Shown here piece after piece: positions 1 through 10,094 of a DNA stretch of 64,000 nt. The position numbers and the translations under genes were made by a program. Under the pieces are notes generated by a model, which saw only the letters and a list, made by a program, of their open reading frames with translations, was not told where the DNA came from and made no database searches. How positions within the stretch are numbered: the first letter of the stretch is position 1; each line of letters begins with the position of its first letter. Source of the stretch: Candidatus Bathyarchaeota archaeon (GTDB lineage: Archaea; Thermoproteota; Bathyarchaeia; 40CM-2-53-6); the NCBI GenBank assembly GCA_963833125.1, contig CAWHWX010000019.1, positions 1-64,000 on the forward strand. The letters run 5' to 3'.

Positions 1-10
1 GGGTGGTTCT

Positions 11-877
11 ATGAAGCGAATTGTTTCGCGGAACGCGTTTGTGCGAATTATAAGACTCCATGAGTACGGACCATGCTATTTGCTTTCTGCCTTGGGTTGT
101 GCATTCGTAGCTAGATATCCGGTCGATAGCAGAATTTTGCCGGTACTCCTTTTCGTTGGAGTCTCCTCCGTTTTTGGTTTTGTGATTAACGATATTGCCG
201 ATGCAGAACTTGACAGAAGGGCCGGCAAGTTAAGGAACCCTGTGGCGTCGGGTGACTTGTCTGTGGTTGCGGCTTGGGAGCTCGTGGTTGTTCTTTTTGT
301 CGTGGCGATCTTATCCATCTATCTTCTGAGTTTTCTGAATAGGTTGCTCGGGATCCTGGTGATTATCGGGTGTGGTGGTTATTCTTTCGGTCTGAGGACA
401 AAGACTAGGCCTGTTCTTGATGTTGTCTGGCACGCTTTGGGGGGTGCCATATTTGGGGTAATGGCTTACTCGATTTATCGCCCGCTTGACTTTGTAGGAG
501 CAGGGTTGAGCATTACACTATTCCTGTTGTCCATGTTGGCCGAGCTTGTCAATGAGATTAGAGATTATGATTCCGATAGAGGCATGATTATGACAACCGT
601 GACGTGGGTTGGCAAGAAGAGGGCGCTTAAGGCATGTGTTGCGCTCCTTTTCTTGGCCCTGGCGTTATTTGTGAGTATTGTGTTAGTTGGTGGCCTGCCT
701 CCAATTCTCCTCCTCTTCTCGCCATCCATCATATTTTTTGTAACGCCCATCGTCAATGCTTTGCGGAATGAGCAAAAGGAGCAGGACCTGATGCCTGCGT
801 TCGTGAATAGGGGAACTATTATTGGGTTGCTCTTGCTCGTTACTTATCTCGCTGTCAAGATTACCGGTGCTGGCTAA
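11..877 (+). CDS. UbiA-family prenyltransferase
   Basis: Multi-TM protein with aspartate motifs INDIADAELD and NEIRDYDSD and NPVASG. Confidence 0.85.
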   Translation: MKRIVSRNAFVRIIRLHEYGPCYLLSALGCAFVARYPVDSRILPVLLFVGVSSVFGFVINDIADAELDRRAGKLRNPVASGDLSVVAAWELVVVLFVVAILSIYLLSFLNRLLGILVIIGCGGYSFGLRTKTRPVLDVVWHALGGAIFGVMAYSIYRPLDFVGAGLSITLFLLSMLAELVNEIRDYDSDRGMIMTTVTWVGKKRALKACVALLFLALALFVSIVLVGGLPPILLLFSPSIIFFVTPIVNALRNEQKEQDLMPAFVNRGTIIGLLLLVTYLAVKITGAG

Positions 878-1003
878 ACCAGCTAGTTGGTCGCTAGTCA
901 GGTGACACGTTCGTTCTGGCAGAAATAGCATGTGTTAAGAGAGCTGAGCGGTCATTTCCTAAGACTCAACTTGACTCTCGATTCCAACGCAAGAAACAAT
1001 CTA

Positions 1004-1630
1004 ATGCCCAATCGACAAATAGTTCTCTTTATTTCTTCATTTTCCTTGATTATGTTTCTGCTTATAGTTTTCCTAAAGAGTCATTTTGCTAGCATGGATG
1101 CGAACATAAACTCTTGGTCGGCATCAATTCAGTCCGTTTCATTTACAGAGATGGCCGAGATAATCCATTACAGCTTTGCCCCAACTCCCTCGTTTATAGC
1201 CTCGCTATTAGTAGCCGTATATCTTTTTTATAGAAAATGCAAGTACGAGGTTCTTTTGCTGATTGGAGCAATGGCTGCCAATGTAACACTGGTTGAAATA
1301 ATCAGGATACTGGTTCATTCTCCAAGACCTTTGAATGCCATCTTAACTATTCAGGGATCTTCATTTCCAAGCGGCCATGTTACAAACGTCGTAGTACTTT
1401 TCGGTCTGCTAACCTATTTTGCATGGAACCATTGGAAACGGTCAATTCTCAAAATATTGTGGAGTGTGTTTTCGGTTGTCATAGCAATTGTTGTAGGACT
1501 GGATAGAATCTATCTTAATGTTCATTGGTTCAGTGATGTTTTAGGCGCATACACATTGGGAATGTTCTTGCTTACTTTCTCAATATTGACATTTCAATAT
1601 CTCGTTCAAGTTAGGAAGAAGCTTGGTTGA
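1004..1630 (+). CDS. PAP2-family membrane phosphatase
   Basis: Motifs PRP, SFPSGH and RIYLNVHWFSDV; ATG at 1004 chosen as start. Confidence 0.9.
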   Translation: MPNRQIVLFISSFSLIMFLLIVFLKSHFASMDANINSWSASIQSVSFTEMAEIIHYSFAPTPSFIASLLVAVYLFYRKCKYEVLLLIGAMAANVTLVEIIRILVHSPRPLNAILTIQGSSFPSGHVTNVVVLFGLLTYFAWNHWKRSILKILWSVFSVVIAIVVGLDRIYLNVHWFSDVLGAYTLGMFLLTFSILTFQYLVQVRKKLG

Positions 1631-1705
1631 AAAAGTGCCTATTGCTTAATAGGATATTTGCTCTCAAGTGTTCGCTGATGTACTGTAGTGTTTCTGTGAA
1701 CTATC

Positions 1706-2683
1706 CTAGTCTCCGGTTTGCCGTACTTTCTTAGCAATAACGTTTAATGCTTTTGGCACAATTTTGACCTTTATTGGTGTTGTACCAATTATATCGCCAT
1801 CAACTTGAACTAGCAAGTCAGGCATGCTGTGCACGGATGCATCTTTTATTTGATAATATTCGTTTTGCTGGAACTTGTTCTCTTTTCCTATTGATGTTGA
1901 GAAAAGTAATGGTAGTAGTTTCCACCATTTTCTGTTAATTATTACTAAATCCAGAACGCCGTCTTGGGTGCTTGCTGCGTTTGCTATCTGATATCCGCCA
2001 CCAACAAATTTGGAGTTTGCGATCAACACAAAATACCCTATTGAATTCGTTGTATGTTCAATTCGAATCTCTTGCCATCTGCATGTAATGAGGTTGATTC
2101 CCATGATCGGCTCTGCAAAGATTCCCCATCTATTTCTGAATTCTGAAGTCGCATCTTTCATCAAAGCTGCATCAAAACCGACAGCTAAAACTATGGCATA
2201 AAATCTGGATTCTTCTCTCATTTCTACGAGACCGAGATCGATCTTTGTTTGTTTTCCTTCTGTGATTAGTTCTGCTGCTTCTTTAGGATTCATTGGTATG
2301 CCTAGCTCTAGAGCTAAGACATTGGATGTGCCAAAGGGAATGATTGCTAATGTTGTTCTTGAATTAGCTATGCCGTTAATCACTTCGTTTACTGTTCCGT
2401 CTCCCCCGGCTACAATCAGCAGATCGTATTGGTTTCTTGCATCCTCCGCTATATTCATTGCATGTTTTGGATATTTTGTAAATTCTATATCTAATTTTAT
2501 GTTTGCTCGCTCGCATTCTTCTGTTACTGCTTCTACAATATCCTCAACGTTTTTGCGGGGCGTGAATATCCCTTTCAATCTTGTTTTGAACAGTGTGAGA
2601 GTCAATTTTAGTATGGGCGGTAATGTTCTTCTCATTTGTCCCGCCTTTGGATTTATGATTAATTTCGCTCTCAAATGGGTCAT
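1706..2683 (-). CDS. Diacylglycerol kinase (YegS/DgkB-like) family lipid kinase
   Basis: IINPKAG, AGGDGTVNEV, IPFGTSNVLA, QVDGD motifs. Confidence 0.9.
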   Translation of the reverse strand: MTHLRAKLIINPKAGQMRRTLPPILKLTLTLFKTRLKGIFTPRKNVEDIVEAVTEECERANIKLDIEFTKYPKHAMNIAEDARNQYDLLIVAGGDGTVNEVINGIANSRTTLAIIPFGTSNVLALELGIPMNPKEAAELITEGKQTKIDLGLVEMREESRFYAIVLAVGFDAALMKDATSEFRNRWGIFAEPIMGINLITCRWQEIRIEHTTNSIGYFVLIANSKFVGGGYQIANAASTQDGVLDLVIINRKWWKLLPLLFSTSIGKENKFQQNEYYQIKDASVHSMPDLLVQVDGDIIGTTPIKVKIVPKALNVIAKKVRQTGD

Positions 2684-2841
2684 TCCCACAGCAGCCCCCA
2701 CGAAGTATCTTGGCGATAGTATTTTCCGCGGTTTAAGGGGGGTTGTGCCCACCACCCAGAAAAATAACGAATGATGCGGCACTACTTGTGCGAACGACAG
2801 AATTTGAACTGTTGGTCAAGCAGATACTAACCTGCAGTATT

Positions 2842-3315
2842 TCAGGTGACGCAGTTCAGAAGCTCGAATGTTTTCAGTCCCTTCGATTGTATGACGGTTA
2901 TCCACGGGTAGTGTGCCGAAACCTGTTTCAAAGCGCGTCTACCATCGTCAATGAAATAAACACGCAAAAGGTCTTGGTCAAATCCGTCATCTCGAGCTTT
3001 CTGTAGAATTCGAGATACCATTCTCACTTTGCTATGTAGCAAGGAAACACTTCCATATCGAAATAGAGGCAAGAGCCCAAATAGCTTGAGAACCATTAAC
3101 AGATTGCCGCCCCTCGCATTCCAACTTACAAACGCCAGCAAGTCCCCCTGATCGCTAAGGCTTTTCAGAGTTTCTCTGACCGTTGGGTATAGACGGATTC
3201 TTCTTCCCAGTAGATCAACAATCGAATCCTCTCCGGACCGTCTAGGAGCACCTACTAGATGGCTCGAGATCCCATCCCAAAGGGTTCTGTCACAATCAAG
3301 TATGAAGAGTTTCGT
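2842..3315 (-). CDS. HAD-superfamily, magnesium-dependent phosphatase-1-like protein (5' end probably frameshifted)
   Basis: In-frame extension upstream of ORF 2842..3141 reads KLFILDCDRTLWD...IRLYPTVRETL...VSWN...FIDD; no in-frame start codon found. Confidence 0.7.
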   Translation of the reverse strand, partial: TKLFILDCDRTLWDGISSHLVGAPRRSGEDSIVDLLGRRIRLYPTVRETLKSLSDQGDLLAFVSWNARGGNLLMVLKLFGLLPLFRYGSVSLLHSKVRMVSRILQKARDDGFDQDLLRVYFIDDGRRALKQVSAHYPWITVIQSKGLKTFELLNCVT

Positions 3316-3577
3316 TGTCGCTCTCCCCGATGATTTGTAATCACAGACTCAATAGGGTCCTTATGCTAAAGAGCATTCTGACCAAAGAGCACTTCGAATG
3401 GATAACGTTACCTTCACGGTTGATGAACGAAATTCTCTGGGCTGTTACCAATCGTTTGATACACAGAAAACCGTTCGGTTGATGAATACGGCTGTGAAAA
3501 TCTGGTTGATATCGACAGGCATGGAGAGGCATTGGGGAGTGAAATGCAGGTGAGTCTGGCTGCGCACTAAGTTGCTC

Positions 3578-4579
3578 TTAGTTGTCTACAGTCTTCGAAC
3601 GCTTTACGATCAAGATTACGAAAGCAAGAATAACCCCTAGAAGGATCGATTCGATGGGAAACCCAGGGATGCTCGTCAGCGGATTTCCTACACTACTTGA
3701 TGTCGTGCTCATAGAAGTCATGCTCGAAGCCGCAGTCACGTTTGCGGCCCTGAACGTTAAACTGGAATCGTTGAAGTAATCATGCTCAACATATCCATCA
3801 GTCCAGTTGCCGCCTGTTCCGATGCCTTTAGCAGCGACATTGTAAGTTGCCCCAGTCCAGATCCCATACATCGAATCATACTGCGGCATATCGGTTCCGG
3901 TACCTAGCGACCAGATTCCTTGACGGTTCCTGAATTGGCCGAGCGCAGGCCCGCTATAAGTTAGAACATATCCCTTCTCCGAAACTCCTTTCAAGATTAC
4001 TTGAGTAGTTGACACTGTAGCCTGCACATCGGAATCAAAGCATGTGGTATCATCGCTGTTCGGAGTACACCAAACATAGGTAGCTGTTTTCGATGTCGGT
4101 AATAACGAAGGGTCTTGCATAATCGTAGTATGATGGCCAACTCCGTAGGTGCTTGAGTTGCCATTTACAGTAAACTTCGTCAGTACAAGATTGCTAAGTG
4201 CAATCGTGTATTGTCTATCAACAGAATAGGAACCTTTGCTATTACGACAAGACCACTGGTCTGAGGCATTGCATACGAATGTTGAATCACTGTGTTGCAA
4301 TACTGTTATCGTATCGTTGCTCATATCTGTCACCACAAATCGAACCGTGTAGTTTTCTTTCTCAAGGAATGATCCCGCCATTGTACCAGTTCCCGATGCG
4401 GAAGTCTGGTCGTTTCCTTGAACTGACCACCAGTCGCCAACAGAAAGTTGAGGAGCTGCGTTGGCAGGAGGTATGTGATAGGCGAAGAGAGGTATCAAAA
4501 GTAGCAGTGCGACTTTGACGAAGGTAGATTTTTGTCGCATTTTTTCAGCCGTCAAAATCAAGGAGTGAGGCTTGTTCAT
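3578..4579 (-). CDS. Secreted/surface protein with C-terminal IPGF-TM-basic sorting signal
   Basis: N-terminal signal peptide, Ser/Thr-rich linker, SIPGFPIESILLGVILAFVILIVKRSK. Confidence 0.75.
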   Translation of the reverse strand: MNKPHSLILTAEKMRQKSTFVKVALLLLIPLFAYHIPPANAAPQLSVGDWWSVQGNDQTSASGTGTMAGSFLEKENYTVRFVVTDMSNDTITVLQHSDSTFVCNASDQWSCRNSKGSYSVDRQYTIALSNLVLTKFTVNGNSSTYGVGHHTTIMQDPSLLPTSKTATYVWCTPNSDDTTCFDSDVQATVSTTQVILKGVSEKGYVLTYSGPALGQFRNRQGIWSLGTGTDMPQYDSMYGIWTGATYNVAAKGIGTGGNWTDGYVEHDYFNDSSLTFRAANVTAASSMTSMSTTSSSVGNPLTSIPGFPIESILLGVILAFVILIVKRSKTVDN

Positions 4580-4720
4580 AAGACTTTGCTATCAAGTAAG
4601 CAACTCCACGTTACCTTTTCTCAGGTAACGCGTCATCTACGTTTGATACCGTTACTATTACCCACCAAACGACAACGAGGCGCTATTCTGGATAGTCATG
4701 TTGATTAGCGAACGAGATAG

Positions 4721-4951
4721 TTGGAACAATGCGTGATGAGTTTGAGCGGCAAAGATGAGAATGTCGAGGTCAAATTCTGCCCCAAATGCAATGGCCCCTT
4801 GAATGAGACAAGGCCGTATCATGCAATACCGAGGCTTCGAAGCGATCGTGGTGTCGACGTCACTGCTAGCCTTGCAATAGAGATTTTCGTGTGTATGAAA
4901 TGCCGTTACCTGGAATTCTACAGTGCGGAAAGACAGGACGCCGAAGAATAA
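4721..4951 (+). CDS. Small zinc-ribbon protein
   Basis: CPKC...CMKC, ending YLEFY. Confidence 0.6.
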   Translation: MEQCVMSLSGKDENVEVKFCPKCNGPLNETRPYHAIPRLRSDRGVDVTASLAIEIFVCMKCRYLEFYSAERQDAEE

Positions 4952-5060
4952 TTCTCAAACCTTGCAAACCTAGTATAAGCGTTGAGTAACTCCATCTCCC
5001 TCTCACAAAGATGTTTAGGATAAAATCTGCGCACACTCAGCGCGAAAGCGGGTGTGATAT

Positions 5061-5225
5061 TGGTGCGGGGAGTGGGATTCGAACCCACGAAGGCCTACGC
5101 CACGGGATAGCTCACCCGCGCGCAAAGCCTGCGCGTCCGTGAATCTTGAGTGTAGCGCGCGTGGCCAAGCGTAGGCATGAAAGGGCACGCGACCCGCCCA
5201 TTTGACCTGGCTCTGGTATCCCCGC
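5061..5225 (-). tRNA. tRNA-Leu(CAA) with two introns (30/31: 5152-5192, 41 nt; 37/38: 5109-5144, 36 nt), CCA encoded
   Basis: Acceptor stem GCGGGGA/TCCCCGC, T-loop GGTTCGAATCC, long variable arm; removing both inserts gives anticodon arm CGGGA-CTCAAGA-TCCCG; BHB-like motifs at both introns. Confidence 0.92.
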
Positions 5226-5383
5226 ACCATCGCCCTAAACGATTGGAATAGTGAATTAAGCTAATCGCCGCGTAAGCGAGCGATGCCTAACTATCGCGGA
5301 GGGGTGTTTCAAGTTAAGACAAGTGTACGAACGGGACCAGAGCGTACATATGCGGCCGTGAAATGAGCGGTGAATGAAGAGTC

Positions 5384-5728
5384 ATGGTGGCAAGGCGGTT
5401 TGAACCGTACCTTGCGGGGTCGGTCATGCTTCTGCTGGGCCTTATCCTGGTAGGGTACCTGGCGGGGCTGAGCTCACCGAAACAAATTCCTTCCCTATTC
5501 CTTGCCGGAGTGGGCGTAATATTTTGCCTGCTGGCCCTTTTCAAAGTTAAGACCGCCGCGAAGTATGAGATGTCAGCGAGGACAACCTTCGCGTACGGCC
5601 TGTTGTCACTCATCATTGGTGTGTTGTGGTTTTCGGTTTCCCTTGGACCCGAGATAACGGAATATTTGTTGGCGTTGTTGCTAGTCTTCTTCGGATTAGT
5701 GTTTCTCGCTTACACGAGGGTAAAGTAG
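5384..5728 (+). CDS. Small 4-TM membrane protein
   Basis: Four hydrophobic segments. Confidence 0.65.
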   Translation: MVARRFEPYLAGSVMLLLGLILVGYLAGLSSPKQIPSLFLAGVGVIFCLLALFKVKTAAKYEMSARTTFAYGLLSLIIGVLWFSVSLGPEITEYLLALLLVFFGLVFLAYTRVK

Positions 5729-5731
5729 TCT

Positions 5732-6720
5732 CTAGTCGGTTTTCGCACCGCAGTTTTGGCAGAACTTCGCCCCGGCAGGAATAACCGTATCACACTTTGG
5801 ACACTTTCTAACTGGCGCATTGGCTGGTGGCGCTGGGCTTGTGGTTATATTCTGTCCGCAGTTCGGGCAGAATTTGGAGGTTGAGGGTATGTGCGCTTGG
5901 CAGTTGGGGCAAACGATGAGTGCGACCGACATTCCCGCACCAGAAGGTGTTGTCTGGAATAATGGTGGGACGAGCACCATACCGGCGCCGAACGCAGCTC
6001 CTCCGCCCGTCGACTTTCCGAGGGACGCTGCCGCATCCTTTACCGTCTCCATCCTGATCACCTCATCCCCGATACGCCCCCTGATTTCAGCCAGAAGAGG
6101 CGGTCGCGGAATTCGGGTGTTGTATCTATGCCCTCAAACTTTAGGTCAATCATCTGAACTCCTAACCGCTTGAAGTAATCCGTTAGGTTAGCCTTGACTT
6201 GATTTGACGTATCATCTAATTTCCTGAAGACGGTCTGCAGATCATATTTTGAGAGTTCGTCGATCATCTTCTCGTTTATGAATCCGCGCAGAAAGTTGTT
6301 GACATCTGAACTTGAGTACGCGTTCTGGCCCCCAACTACCTCATTGACGAAGATTGAGGGGTCTTCAACTTTGAAATAGAACGAACCGAAAGTCAGTAAG
6401 GGTGCGAGTTCGGTGGTTTGCGCCCTGTTGCCGAATTTTCCAGCAAACTGCTTGTTTGAAACGAAAATAACATTTGCCTTGAAGGGCGTTTTCTGGTAAC
6501 CTGCAATCCTGGAGAGGACCGTGGTTATGAGCGGAAGGTTTAGGGTTGTGAGCGTGTGTCTGCCTGCGCCGAACGTGTCGTAACTTTTTCCATCTCTGAA
6601 GAACACGGCATTTTCGTACTCGTGGACTATGAGTTGTGCGCCCCACGTTATGTCTTCGTTGGGGTAGCGCCAAACAATATCCTCAGGACCAGCCCCGGTC
6701 CATTCAATAACTTGCGGCAT
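5732..6720 (-). CDS. SPFH/band-7 domain protein with C-terminal double zinc ribbon (frameshift near 6070)
   Basis: IVWRYP...AQLIVHEYENAVFFRDGK; C-terminal CPNC..CPNC and CPKC..CQNC in a second frame. Confidence 0.85.
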
Positions 6721-6724
6721 TCTC

Positions 6725-7261
6725 CTACACCTTCACTCCTTCGATTACTGCCTTACGTTGGTCAAAAGCTGATTCGAGGTTGCTGATTGAGTTATCCAAT
6801 TGTTGCTGCTCAGTTCTTGCGTTCTCAAGCTTCCCTTGGTTTAGGTCGGCTTTGAAGTTCGCTGTTAGTTCTCCAAGCTTCCGCACCGTATCCATCAGCT
6901 GCGTATCATAAGCGATCATGTTGTCAAGCTCATTTTCTTCAACCTTGATTGAGTCGAAGAAGCCGCTGTAGCCATACGAAGCCCGGTTGATTTTCTCAGC
7001 GACTCTATCCAATTTAGCAACGAGTCGGTTTACGGGTTCCATGAGTTCACTCACTTTCGAGTCGCTCAACGATTGGAAGCATGTCATTAGATCGTCGCGA
7101 GAATGTTCGAGTGTTTTGTATATGTAGTCTCGAACTATCCTGTCCGCTTCTCTTCTCTGCTCCCTGAGCTTGTACCCGCGAAAATCGGGTAAAATGAGCA
7201 TTAAGCGTTCTAGGGGCTTTTCACTTTCTTGAACTCTTTCGAGTGGAGGTTTCGCAGTCAA
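6725..7261 (-). CDS. Conserved helical hypothetical protein of the SPFH operon
   Basis: LPDFRGYKLREQRREADRIVR...YGYSGFFD; TTG at 7261 chosen as start. Confidence 0.7.
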   Translation of the reverse strand: MTAKPPLERVQESEKPLERLMLILPDFRGYKLREQRREADRIVRDYIYKTLEHSRDDLMTCFQSLSDSKVSELMEPVNRLVAKLDRVAEKINRASYGYSGFFDSIKVEENELDNMIAYDTQLMDTVRKLGELTANFKADLNQGKLENARTEQQQLDNSISNLESAFDQRKAVIEGVKV

Positions 7262-7317
7262 ATTCGTGAACCACATTAACGGGTCTCGGGCTGTCGCCTT
7301 TAAGGATTTGATGAGGG

Positions 7318-8073
7318 CTAGATGAGTTTGAAGTCCTCTCCAGGCATGTCGCCTTTGATGATCTCGCCGGAGGCTCCATCCCATATGACTTGGTACCGTT
7401 TGTCCTTGTATGCATATGTGAGAAACCATACTGGGGCGTGGAGATAGAACGTGCCTGACACGTCGAAGTTGGTCTTGATGTCTGTGATTTTATCAACCCT
7501 ATCCTTAGCGAGGTATTGGTGGAGGTTGCTAATTTCATCGCGGGCATGCTCGACGGCGTCCTCAGCGGTCAACTCGCTATTCAACACTTTCGCGTCCTTC
7601 TCGATCTTAGTCGCCTCGAAGGGAATCTTTCCATCCAACGAAAGGTGGTAGGAGCGGGTGGGGAAGTCTGTCTGCGTACGCGCAAGGACCATCCAGTCGT
7701 AGTGATTAGTGATGTCGCCTTCTTTCTCTTCGGGGGGCGAGATTCTTTCGAAGATTCCTTTGTAATGCGAAGTTGCTTCGCCGCTCACAACCCAGAACGG
7801 TAGGTAAACTAGGTTCTGTTCGATTAGGGAAGCTTTTTTGCTCAAATCTTTGGGTGCGACAAAGCTGTTCTTCATCCATCCCTTTATGGTATCAAAAACC
7901 TGGTCGGTCGGTAATGTGTTCAGGATGAGAGAATGTTCGAATTCAAACGCTTTTCCGGTCTCGACGACGCTTGTGAAGCCGCAATAACTGCATGTGATCA
8001 GTATTTCGCCGGGTTGGACCGGTAAGGGGGCTCCACAATGAGAGCAACTGATCTGGCTCGCAACTGCTACCAT
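7318..8073 (-). CDS. Zinc-ribbon protein of the SPFH operon
   Basis: CSHCGAPL...CSYCG, YLPFW and HAPVW motifs. Confidence 0.75.
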   Translation of the reverse strand: MVAVASQISCSHCGAPLPVQPGEILITCSYCGFTSVVETGKAFEFEHSLILNTLPTDQVFDTIKGWMKNSFVAPKDLSKKASLIEQNLVYLPFWVVSGEATSHYKGIFERISPPEEKEGDITNHYDWMVLARTQTDFPTRSYHLSLDGKIPFEATKIEKDAKVLNSELTAEDAVEHARDEISNLHQYLAKDRVDKITDIKTNFDVSGTFYLHAPVWFLTYAYKDKRYQVIWDGASGEIIKGDMPGEDFKLI

Positions 8074-8163
8074 GAAGCGCCCACTATGCGGAGAGCAAGG
8101 AGAGCTAGGCTTTAATGGGCTCGGTAGTTTAGGTGGTCAAGATTTCGGTAGGTCGAATCGGAA

Positions 8164-9235
8164 ATGGGTAATTTAGCTCAGTTGAAGGGTACGATGTTCT
8201 TCACGATCCTGATCACTCTCGTGATCTTCATTGGCTTCATAATTGTAGTCTCATTCTTCTTCAGCTACGCTACCGATCTTCAACTCGACCCCGTCTCAAT
8301 ACTAATCGGCGCTTTCATCCTCGCCATATTCTTCATGCTCATTCAATTCGCCATCAGCCCATCCATCGTAAAGTGGAGCACTAGACTCCGTTACCTACAA
8401 CCCGGTGAGAACGCCTGGCTCGAAGGTATGGTGGCGAAGCTAGCTCAGCAAGCGGGAGTCAAGGCGCCTCGCCTCGCAATCGTTCCGGACCGAACGCCAA
8501 ACGCATTCGTGTTCGGCAATTCCTCCAACAACATGACGCTCGCCGTAAACCAGGGCCTGCTTGATCAATTGAAGGAGGATGAGATTCAAGGTGTTCTTGG
8601 TCACGAGATCGGTCACATTCGCCACAAGGATTCAATTATTATGACATTCATGTCAGCCGTCCCGCTCATTGCTTTCGTAATTGTTCGAATGGCTTTCGGG
8701 TTCGGGTATGTTGGAGGTATGGGTGGAGGCCGAAGAGGTAGCAGAGACAACGGTGCAATCTACATCATACTCGCAGGAGTAATCGCGCTCACCGTCTATT
8801 TCGTTGCTCAACTGCTCGTACTCAGATTGAGCCGTTTGAGAGAAACATACGCAGACGCAGTTCTCAGCCTATCTTACAGCGGCTCCGAGAGAACTCGAAA
8901 GCGCATTGGCGCGAATAACATATGGGCTCTCGCTCAGCCCCGAAGAACCACATGGAGCCCGCGCACTCTACATCTCCGACCCAGCCCTCGCGAAACAAGA
9001 GATGAGTCAGGTCATGGAGCACGTCAACCAGTACGACCTAAACAAGGACGGGGTTTTGGATGAGCATGAACTTGAGCTGGCCATGGAACAGGAGGCAAAA
9101 TCAAGATGGGGCACCTTAAACCAAGCCTTCGCCACACATCCGCCCACCTACAAACGCCTACAATTACTCAGACAGATCGATCAAGAAATTCAGAGCCACG
9201 GAGCGCAAACAGCAAACATTTACGAACACGCCTGA
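8164..9235 (+). CDS. htpX: M48 zinc metalloprotease HtpX (frameshift near 8860)
   Basis: PNAF, HEIGH, LSRLRE, C-terminal THPP in a second frame. Confidence 0.9.
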
Positions 9236-9253
9236 GATCTGACCTTAGGTGAA

Positions 9254-9592
9254 TTGAGATTAGTGCTGTCACGCAAAAAGACCCAAGCCGAAGTATCCAA
9301 GCTAGGAAACTGGACGCTCAGACAAAGTGTCATTTCAAGAAAGTTTGTCTTCCCCAACTTTGCTCAGCGATGCGTTTCGTTAACCGAGTCGCTGAGGCTA
9401 GCGGAAGCCGCCAACCATCACCCAGACTTCACCATAAACTACAACAAGGTGAGACTTGCGCTCACGACTCACGATGAAGGCGGATTAACCATGAAGGATT
9501 TCAGATTAGCCAGTAGAATCAACAAACTCTCAAATGAACGTACGGAAGATTACAGAAGCTCGATTTCAATAAAGACTTTTTCAGGAGTTTGA
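9254..9592 (+). CDS. Pterin-4-alpha-carbinolamine dehydratase
   Basis: AEAANHHPD...[14 protein letters not shown]; probable compensating indels mid-gene. Confidence 0.85.
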   Translation: MRLVLSRKKTQAEVSKLGNWTLRQSVISRKFVFPNFAQRCVSLTESLRLAEAANHHPDFTINYNKVRLALTTHDEGGLTMKDFRLASRINKLSNERTEDYRSSISIKTFSGV

Positions 9593-9858
9593 ATTCGCAT
9601 CAGGCGTTTGAGAAAACGCTCGTTTGGGTCAACGTCGATCAGCCGCTTGTGGATCCGCATCTCCCAACTATCCCAGGTATGAGTGCCTTCGCCGCACGGG
9701 CTTTTTCTCGTTGGGACCCAGAGCCTTTTTGTCGGCAACGGGATCGGTCCGCGTAATTTCACACCAGTGCGGTCGGCGATCTTCATGATCTCGCCGCAGA
9801 TGCTGTTCAAGCCCTGGGGGTCAGTGCTTGACAGACGAATTCGTGCTTTGTTCGGCAA
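9550..9858 (-). CDS. rps10: 30S ribosomal protein uS10
   Basis: [29 protein letters not shown]. Confidence 0.97.
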   Translation of the reverse strand: MPNKARIRLSSTDPQGLNSICGEIMKIADRTGVKLRGPIPLPTKRLWVPTRKSPCGEGTHTWDSWEMRIHKRLIDVDPNERFLKRLMRIQTPEKVFIEIELL

Positions 9859-10046
9859 AGTTCTTCGACCTATTCAGGTGTGAAACAAGCCCCTAGGCCT
9901 GCGTGGCGTTTAAAAAGAGTTCGGAGGCCATCAACGGATTTCTTCAGCGATTTTCCACTGCACACTAATTCGCATCTCAGTCAACTTTGTCCTGCGCATC
10001 TTAACATCTGTAAGATATTGTGTTTCTGTGAATCGATAAATGGTAG

Positions 10047-10063
10047 CCTCAGCTAAGCTGAGG
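10047..10063 (-). terminator. Hairpin downstream of tuf (possible terminator or processing signal)
   Basis: Perfect inverted repeat CCTCAGCT-A-AGCTGAGG. Confidence 0.3.
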
Positions 10064-10094
10064 AATCTGAAGAAAAGTTGAGGGGCTGAGAAGA

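Noticed and set aside
5015-5230. 71-aa ORF
   Set aside because: It coincides with the intron-containing tRNA-Leu.
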